The notes under the pieces are model-generated. The model had not been told where the DNA came from. It searched no databases and saw nothing but the letters and a program-made list of their open reading frames with translations. A stretch of DNA of 64,000 nt from Eledone cirrhosa. Its lineage: Eukaryota. The stretch spans positions 221,030,001-221,094,000 of the forward strand of contig OZ024742.1 in NCBI GenBank assembly GCA_964016885.1, in the 5' to 3' direction. Positions 55,803 through 64,000 of this stretch are shown here, one piece after another. Both the position numbers and the translations under genes were made by a program. How positions within the stretch are numbered: the first letter of the stretch is position 1; every line of letters begins with the position of its first letter.

Positions 55803-56340
55803 TAATAATAATAATGAAATTATTGTGTAAAGTGCTCAGGTGCACTACAACTCGTCAAAGGTGCATGTATAGTCCATAGAATAATACACAAATGTCAGGG
55901 AAGTGAATAGTGTATGAGTCATGATATACATGTGTGTATGTGTATGGAGGGGGAACATTAGGTGTAGTGTTGGCGAATCTCGGAAAGCATGGATGTTTTA
56001 AAGGATGCAGTGTCTTGACAGCTAACAACTGATGCAGGTAGTTTGTTCGATGCTTCAGCAATTCTGAGCGTGAAAAATGTTTCCGAAAGTCATGGGAACT
56101 GTACTGTTTTCTGACTTTGTGGGCATGCCCACGTGTGTTAGACACATGGAAATCAAAAAGGTACTCAGGGTTGTTGTTGGCAAGATGGTTAACAATTTTG
56201 TGGGTGTTTACCAAGTCAGTTGCCAGGCGTCGGAGCTTCAATGTATCCATGCCCAGGGAAGCAAGGCGTTCAGAGTATGGTAGATGCCTGATGGAGGGTA
56301 TTTGCTTGGTTGCACGTCTCTGAACAGTTTCCAGCTTTAC
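55803..56340 (-). mobile_element. CR1-clade LINE 3' fragment
   Basis: LETVQRRATKQIP..LPYSERL..LRR..DL..TRGH motifs and an (ATT)n tail. Confidence 0.85.
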
Positions 56341-58358
56341 ATGTAACATTTAGAATTTCATGAATTAATAACTTCTTTTATTTTATATTTTTTATTTTTT
56401 ATTAATTCATATTTTTTATCTTATATTTATTATGTTATATTTTTACGAGATCCAACTAGATTGTCATTTGAAACAAAAACCTTTTATTTTTAGAAAAAAC
56501 AGAACAGAACAAGAAAATTACAACACACAACAACAGAATTTTAAGGCCATTTCCCCTGCTAAAGTAGGGGTTAGTAATACAAACCCTTAACAGGTTTCAT
56601 TACCTCATAAAGGGGTCCTTTATGAGATAATGTTTTACAGCATGCAGGGATATGGTATCATCATCGTTTATTGTCTGTTTTCCCTGCTAGTGAGGGCTGG
56701 ATGATGATGATCATCAACATCACCATCATCGTTATCATCATCACCATCACCACCACTGCCACAACCACCACCACCATCACCACAAACCATCATCATTATG
56801 TCCATTTTTTTCAAGCTAGCATGGGTTAGACGAGTTGTCCCATTGTGAGATAAGTCAAATCAGTTGTTCATGTCTTGCTCATACAGAACTGATTCTGGCT
56901 TGGTTTCTACGGCTGGATGCCCTTCACTACATATACAGTGTTGACTAGGGTCTGGGGTGGGGGAGGTGCATGGGGATTGGAGAGGTAGATCTAGGGTAGT
57001 GGACTTATCAGGTGAGGGTGGTGCATAGGGACGGGGGTGAAGGGTGAGGTGTTTGGACATGGGTGGAGTGTTAGGATGTAGGAGGTGTATGGAAGTGGTA
57101 GGGGAAAGTGGTACATACTAGATGTGTATCTAAAATTACTAACAATTGATTTTCCAAAGTTTCAAGTAAAAATAGACTGGTTAATTTTGCATTGAAAAAA
57201 ATTCATTGTATAAAAATACTGGATGAACAAATAAACACATGATAGGAATATTTTTTAATAAAGTGTTATATGTAGTTCTAATTAATAGAATGGGTTAAGT
57301 AGAAATGTATTGTACAAAGTACGCCGAAAATTTGCAATTAATTAAAATTTCTTTCTCAGTTGAAGAAAGGAAACAAAAACTTTGTTGAAGTTGTTAGCAA
57401 CTCTGAATGAAAAGAGGAGATAATTTGATAAAAAATTATTTCAACAAAATTATCTTACATGCTTAGAGGGGGGGGGGGGGGGGGGGGAAGGGGGTTTTGT
57501 TTGCAGATAAGAGGACAGCTGCAGACATGTTTCTGTCTTACCAAACCTCATCAGCATAGATTTTTTATTTTTAAATACAAACAATTGTGAAGAGTTTTTT
57601 AGTCAGTAGTAATCTAATTTTATAGGTGGCAAATTGGCAGAGTTTTTAGAACATTGGGTAGAATACTTTACAGTATTTGTTTCAGCTTTCTGAGTTCAAA
57701 TCCTCCCAAAGTCAACTTTGCCTTTCATCCATTCGACGTTGATAAAAAAAGTACCAGTCTAGTACAGGGGTCGATTTTTCCTCTATATCTCTTTCTCACT
57801 TCCATTCTCTCACCCTCTATCCTTCTCTAGAAGACATCTGCTGCATTCAGACCTGGAGAGGGGTGAACTCTGTCAGGTTTTTAAAAAAATGTTCTAGAAA
57901 CGCTGTATGTCAATACGGTGCCCCTTTGACACCCTCATGAGTTATGGGACCATACATGCGTACAATCTTTATTATGAAAAAATAAATGAGCTCAGCAAAA
58001 TAACCGCCACCATCATCACCATCACCACCACTATCACCACCATCATCACCACCATCATCACCACCACTACTACTACCACCAACATCACTACCACCACTAT
58101 CACCATCACCTCCACCACCACCACCATCACCAATATCATTGTTGCCGCCACCGAAGCTGGTACAGTAATTATGGCATTTAATGAAGAGAAGAGGAAAGTC
58201 GATTAAATCGACTCCCAGTGCGTGACTGGTACTTTACTTTATCTATCCGTAAGGATGAAAGGCAAAGCTAACCTCGATTGGATTTGAACTCAGCACGTAA
58301 AGGGCCATAACTCTCCCAATCCTAAAATAAGGAAATCAAGAACACATAGTTCTTTTTA

Positions 58359-58986
58359 TTATTTTTTATTATTAACGGGCGGTGGATTGGCAGTATCAGT
58401 AGAGGTCGGACGCCATGCTTTCCAGCATAGTTACGTCCCTTTACGATCTGAGTTCAAATCCCGCCGAGGTTGACTTTGCCTTTCATCCTTACGGGGTCGA
58501 TAAAATAAAGTACCAGTAATGAACTGGGTATTTGCTGGCCTTGTGCCTAAAGTAGAAACAATTATTTTTTATTATTAACGGGCGGTGGATTGGCAGTATC
58601 GGTAGAGGTCGGACGCCATGCTTTCCAGCATAGTTACGTCCCTTTACGATCTGAGTTCAAATCCCGCCGAGGTTGACTTTGCCTTTCATCCTTACGGGGT
58701 CGATAAAATAAAGTACCAGTAATGAACTGAGTAATTGCTGGCCTTGTGCCTAAAGTATAAACAATTATTTTTTATTATTAACGGGCGGTGGATTGGCAGT
58801 ATCGGTAGAGGGTCGGACGCCATGCTTTCCAGCATAGTTACGTCCCTTTACGATCTGAGTTCAAATCCCACTGAGGTTGATTTTGCCTTTCATCCTTACG
58901 GGGTCGATAAAATAAAGTACCAGTAATGCACTGGGTAATTGCTGGCCCTGTACCTAAAGTAGAAACAATTATTTTTTATTATTAAC
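58359..58986 (+). mobile_element. Tandem triplet of family A SINEs (203-bp period) upstream of STEEP1
   Basis: Units start at 58377, 58580 and 58783. TTATTTTTTATTATTAAC occurs four times. Confidence 0.9.
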
Positions 58987-59166
58987 AAACGTAAACCATG
59001 ACTTTACTCTTCACTCCTGATTCTAAATTCAAGCTTTAGGCTTGAGTTATTTGCCTTGGTTAGATATTATAATGAATTTATATATGAAATAAACTGTTGG
59101 CGTACCGAAAACGAAAGTATAGTAGAGCTGTACTTAGTAAGCTAGAGTTATCAGACTTAGCGGATA

Positions 59167-59173
59167 CGGAAGT
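59167..59173 (+). promoter_or_regulatory. ETS-type motif CGGAAGT in the putative STEEP1 proximal promoter
   Basis: 79 bp upstream of the ATG in a locally CpG-richer patch. Confidence 0.4.
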
Positions 59174-59245
59174 AGTGATATCGTGTTATTGTAAGAACTT
59201 CGTGTTGTTAGAGTGTTTATCGAAGATAAGTATTTAGCGAACAAA

Positions 59246-59366
59246 ATGCCTAAAGTTGTTTCCAGAAGCGTGGTTTGTACTGACACTAAAGATCAAGAAG
59301 AATACCAGGGAGAGAAACCACTTTACATTTATTACTGTATATGTGGACAAATGTCGTTGATTCTTG
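59246..59366 (+). CDS. STEEP1: STING ER exit protein 1 (CXorf56/UPF0428), coding exon 1
   Basis: [40 protein letters not shown] matches the conserved CXorf56 N-terminus. Donor G|GCAAGT. Confidence 0.93.
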
Positions 59367-59799
59367 GCAAGTATAAAATATTTCTTGGTAAATTTATATA
59401 ACACCCAACTCGATTTCAGTGGGAAAAATAATTTTTTCCTGTTTTTTTTTTTTGTGTGCTATCAACCAATCTAACCTCCAATATGCTGGCAACCGACTTT
59501 TTCCCCGGGAAAAGGAGGTGTGTGGTGCCCCCACCTCCTCGGAGTTTTCTCTACAATTTCTTTTTGCGTGTTATCAACAAATATGACCTAACCAGTCGGA
59601 AACGACTACATTTGTAGAAAAAGTAGAGTGAAAGGGGGCTAAAAGACCATCCGAGTTTCACATATCTACACATCTCTCGCTTTTGGTCGGAAATAATTAT
59701 CTTGTTTTTGTCTGGACCTCTTATATGCTTACAATCGATTTTTTTCCCCGGATTACGGTTAGGGTTAGTTTCAGGGTCGCTGGAGTTTCTTCATCTCAT

Positions 59800-60430
59800 A
59801 TCTTATTCCTGGGAGGGTCGTGGGAGCAGAGTCATCAAATACTCCTTCCAGCAGGTCCTGTCAGAAGCAACCGTCTCCAACTGATCCAGCTGGATCCCCA
59901 AGCGAGACCAGCCAAGCTCATGGATGTTACCCAACCATCTTGCTCAGAGTATATCCCTCGGTCCCCTGTCGGTTGGGTTTGCCCATAAAATGTGTCCAGC
60001 GATTCTTTCCTGAGACATTCTAACCACATGCCCATAGTATTAGAGCTGTGATCTCTCAATTCGGAGAAGTAGCTGCTCTACCGTGAGTGACTCTGATCTC
60101 CGAGCTACGAACTCTTTCGAGTAATGTTACTCCAAAGACCCTTCGGAAGAACCCAATTTCGGTCGCTGGTATTCCCGATCGTATTCTTTTGATCATTACC
60201 CAAGATTCATGACCATAGGTAAGGGTTGGCACGAATACCGAATTGAAGATAGCAAGTTTGGCTTTTACACCTACCTCTCTTCTGATTACTGAATGCTGAG
60301 CTGGCGCATTACTGCACCAGCTCCTGCAATTCTTGCACTTAATTCAGCCTTCCACCACTTGTGAACGTGGTCCTGAGATACTTGAACTTGTACACCTGCC
60401 TCAATGGAATTCCATTCACGTATCTGCCAT
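59800..60430 (-). mobile_element. RTE-like LINE fragment in STEEP1 intron 1
   Basis: Homologous to 8540-8870, with FKYLR and RSQL..GHVVRM remnants. Confidence 0.7.
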
Positions 60431-60565
60431 ATCTAGTTTTTAAATCAAATTTATCAATTCACTATTCTTTGATAGACAAATGAATAAATATGCATTTTCT
60501 GATCTCTTTCGAGAATTGTTTCTTATAAAGTGTATTATTGTAATCTGTTCTTATATTTTCACTAG

Positions 60566-60680
60566 ATTGTCCTATGGAAAAGTTGCCATTGAGGAAACGG
60601 GATGGTGCTCGAGTGATAGATGGTCAGAAACATGCTCATAAAATCACGTGTGACCCAGATGAAATTATTTACTTAAAAAG
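60566..60680 (+). CDS. STEEP1: STEEP1 coding exon 2
   Basis: TAG|AT TGT..., translating (D)CPMEKLPLRKRDGARVIDGQKHAHKITCDPDEIIYLK(R). Donor AG|GTATCT. Confidence 0.93.
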
Positions 60681-62110
60681 GTATCTAGAATGATTAGATT
60701 CATTGGTGGAGGGGTGGGGTGGGGTGGGGGGGTTCTTAGCCTCATTTAAAATAATTAACATATGTTGAATAAGAAACAAAGACCACTCATAATTTACAAT
60801 TTACAACTGTTTACTCATCTTCAAAGCCTGATTTTCTATGCTTGCATGGGTTGGACAAGATTGTTTCTATCAGGTTATTTAGGGTCATATGCCCTTCCTA
60901 ATGCCAACCTGTATAGTATATATATCATTTGTTCAACCGCTACACAGCTGTATGTATTGTATATGGGAGACACAGTCAACTGTCACTGCAAGCTCTTATA
61001 AGTGATGTTGAATGGACGCTTGTAATGACTTGTATACACATACATTTTATATCATCACCATTTAAAGTCTATTTTCTGTGCTTGCATGGTTTAGCTGGTT
61101 ATCACATTCTGAGGCCAGACCAGTCAGATGACTAGGTCCTGCTTGTAAGCCTTGTTTTGGCTTGGTTTCTAAGGCCCTTCCTAACACCAACTACTTTATA
61201 GTGTGTATTGGGAGCATTTTATCATGACTCTGGCAATACCACGTTATTGGGTGCTTTTCATTGTGGCACCAGCACATTATATATATATATATATATATAG
61301 TTAAGGCATGTTAGGATGCTTAGCTAATGATTGTAAGGTCATGAGTTTCATTTCTAGTGGTGCATTGTGTCCTTGAGCAAGACAATTTTTTTGACATTGC
61401 TACAGTTCATTAAGTTGGCAAAAACAGGTTGTACCTGTAATCCAAAAGGCTGGTCTTATCATATCCTGTGTCATGCTAAGTTTCCCTGAGAACTATGTTA
61501 AGAGTACATGTGTCTGAATGTTAATCTCATGAGTTGGCTGTTCTGTTGATCGAATCAGTTGGAACACTTGTCTTCAGAATTGACAGTGCTCCACATTTCC
61601 GTTATGAACACGGTATGGCCAGATCCTCCTCATAACGGAACTACCTAGTTCCACACTAAACGTTGTTGGTGATAGGGCATCCAACTGTAAAAGTCCCTGC
61701 CAAAATACAGTTCAGTTTGGTACAGTGCAGCTAACTGTCCAGATTTGACTAATAACATAGATGACCCATCTAACCCATGCAAGTGAGGAAAAATAAGGCG
61801 TTAAACGGTGATGATGATGATGATATATATATATCATCATCATAGTTTTCATGTCAATTTTTCCATGCATACACAGATTTTCTTCTACTAAATTAATTTC
61901 AGCCATTGATTGATCTGGTTCTATATGGTGGATGATACATGCCCAAGATTCCAAGCAGTAGTACTGAAGCCAAAACCACACAGTCTTCAACTGTACTTCT
62001 TAACCATACAGCTATGCCTGCTTATGTAGATTCAGTATACTATTTTTGTAATTGATTCTGTTACATTGATTGGTTTTTACCAAGTTTTCTATTGATTTCT
62101 CTCTTTATAG

Positions 62111-62152
62111 GCCTGAAGGTGTTGAGAAACAATATAGGCAAAAATGTAAACG
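62111..62152 (+). CDS. STEEP1: STEEP1 coding exon 3 (gene appears to continue beyond the window)
   Basis: TTTATAG|G CCT GAA GGT..., translating (R)PEGVEKQYRQKCK(R). Donor CG|GTAAGA. Confidence 0.9.
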
Positions 62153-62970
62153 GTAAGAATTACTTAGTATTCTTCTTTTCATCTATTTCTTTATATCTTC
62201 ATCATAATTATCATTTAGCTCCCATTTTCCCTGCTGGTAAAGATTGAACAGGTCTTCACAGACTGTGTTAGTACTTATGCAGGCCTACTGACCTCCAGAC
62301 AGGTTGGGTGGTCTGTATCTCATTTATATCATCATCATCGTTTAACATCCATCTTCCACGCTAGCATAGGTTAGACGGTTTTGTTCCATTTGATGCGAGA
62401 ATGGTTGGGAGACTGTGTCTCACTTGTACAGAAGTGTCTCTGGCAGGTTTTCTACAGCTGGATGCCCTCCCTAACACCAACCACATTTACAGTGTGGACT
62501 GGGAACCTTTTTACCGTGTCTCGACCACCTTACAGTGTGGACTGTTGTGTCATCGACACAGTGGACGGAAAAGGGAGGATGAGGTAGGGTGTGGAGGGTG
62601 GGGTGCACATTGGGTTAAGAGGTGCCTACTGACTAGGTTTGTATGCAATGGCAGTCAGGTCTATAATGATGATATAAAAGTTGGTGTTAGGAAGGGCATC
62701 CAACGGTAAAAAAAACCTGTCAGTCCTATACGAGCGAGTCACGGTCACCCGACCAATCTTACCTCAAATGGGACAATTCCCGTTTAACCCATTCTAGTGT
62801 GGAAGATAGATGTTAAACGATGATGATGATGATATATATATATATATATGTATAGACATAGAATATTCGAAAATATTCTGTATGTTTATAATAAACATTT
62901 TGAAGACCTAATCGCTATAGAATAGAATACGTCACGTATTACAATTAGATTCTCGATAAAAGCAAGGGAA

Positions 62971-63013
62971 GTAATCTACGCGTTTCATTCTTGTTAGAAT
63001 TCATCAGGACTAC
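62971..63013 (-). ncRNA. Minimal type I hammerhead ribozyme (antisense copy)
   Basis: Reverse complement of 63175-63217. Confidence 0.85.
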
Positions 63014-63174
63014 ATATCCAGTGCTTTTATCGAGAATGACACAGCTAGAGACTTATAGAATACTTAGCTGTGTACTGGAACTGGTTTGAAGAGCTCTTTC
63101 AAACCAGTTCCAGTACACAGCTAAGTATTCTATAAGTCTCTAGCTGTGTCATTCTCGATAAAAGCACTGGATAT

Positions 63175-63217
63175 GTAGTCCTGATGAATTCTAACAAGAA
63201 TGAAACGCGTAGATTAC
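63175..63217 (+). ncRNA. Minimal type I hammerhead ribozyme (sense to STEEP1)
   Basis: GTAGTC-CTGATGA-ATTC taacaa GAAT-GAAA-CGCG-TA-GATTAC. Stem I is extended by ATTCTCGATAAAAGCA/TGCTTTTATCGAGAAT. Cleavage predicted after A63211. Confidence 0.87.
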
Positions 63218-64000
63218 TTCCCTTGCTTTTATCGAGAATCTAATTGTAATACGTGACGTATTCTATTCTATAGCGATTAGGTCTTCAAAATGTTTATTAT
63301 AAACATACAGAATATTTTCGAATATTCTATGTCTATACTCACATATATATCGCTATTTCAGAGCATTTATTCCAATTTATATATATATATATAAATATAC
63401 ACACACACACACTAGACTTCCCCAGTTTCTGTCTACCAAATTCACTCAAGGCAATGGTCAGTCAAAAAGTATTATAGAAGATACTTGTACAGGGAGCTAT
63501 GCATTGGTATTGAATTTGAAATGTGGTTGTGAAGAAAACTTAACAACAAAGCTGTTTGTACATAGACTGGTTCTTTATTTTACTGATCCAAGATGAATGA
63601 AAGCTAAAGTTGACATTGGTGGGATTTCAATCCAGAACATTATGCAACAAATATCAGCAAAGTATTTTGACCTATTTATTTACGGTTTGCATTTTATTAT
63701 GTCATGTCTTCCTACAGTACTGTGCACATAAACATCCCAGACCATGTCCAGAGAAAAGCCACTTGACTAATTAGCATAAAGTCACTTACAGATATACTTT
63801 TAGACCTTTGGCTCACAGACATACTGTCTCCTATATTTGCTTTGTGGAGCTATCTGGTGTCAGCTCTTCAGAGCTGGCTAACTGATCTCTTTCTTTCAGA
63901 GCTAGATGGTCTTATGTCACCTCTACTGAAGTATTGTTTCCTCCTTTCATCATTCTTGCTGTGTCCAACCCTGTCAAGCCCTACACTAAAATGATACCCA

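Larger units (their letters stand above)
62850..63338. repeat. Near-perfect 489-bp palindrome in STEEP1 intron 3
   Basis: Arms of about 241 bp are reverse-complementary around the centre GAGCTCT (63091-63097). Confidence 0.95.

Noticed and set aside
58377-58465. tRNA genes
   Set aside because: The A/B boxes belong to SINE heads, with no cloverleaf. The same applies to family B copies.
60681-60690. U12-type donor (GTATCT)
   Set aside because: Deviates from GTATCCTT, and there is no TCCTTAAC branch site near the 62110 acceptor.

Overview
AT-rich, repeat-dense eukaryotic genomic DNA, most likely a coleoid cephalopod such as Octopus (inferred from long (TA)n tracts, RTE LINEs with (GAT)n tails and the SINE content). 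The only confidently recognised host gene is STEEP1/CXorf56, whose first three coding exons (+, 59246-62152) include a GC-AG first intron. There is also an orphan candidate exon at 19057-19620. The rest is mobile and repetitive DNA: a 5'-truncated RTE LINE with a PHD finger inside the RT, a full-length frameshifted DD37D (maT) transposon, a deleted Helitron with a nested LTR element, CR1/CRE/RTE fragments, two tRNA-SINE families, a 6.5-kb 19-bp minisatellite seeded by a SINE 5' end, a 3.4-kb 40-bp minisatellite and a 200-N gap. The most notable signal is four sequence-distinct type I hammerhead ribozyme (HHR) motifs in six copies. Three of the four motifs sit in inverted-repeat or palindromic non-coding elements, and all lie near (TA)n tracts. 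They include a near-perfect 489-bp palindrome in STEEP1 intron 3 and a 3.8-kb element with about 1-kb inverted arms carrying a U3-A8 variant core. This resembles non-autonomous Penelope-like or retrozyme elements. All folds and alignments were read by eye, not computed.
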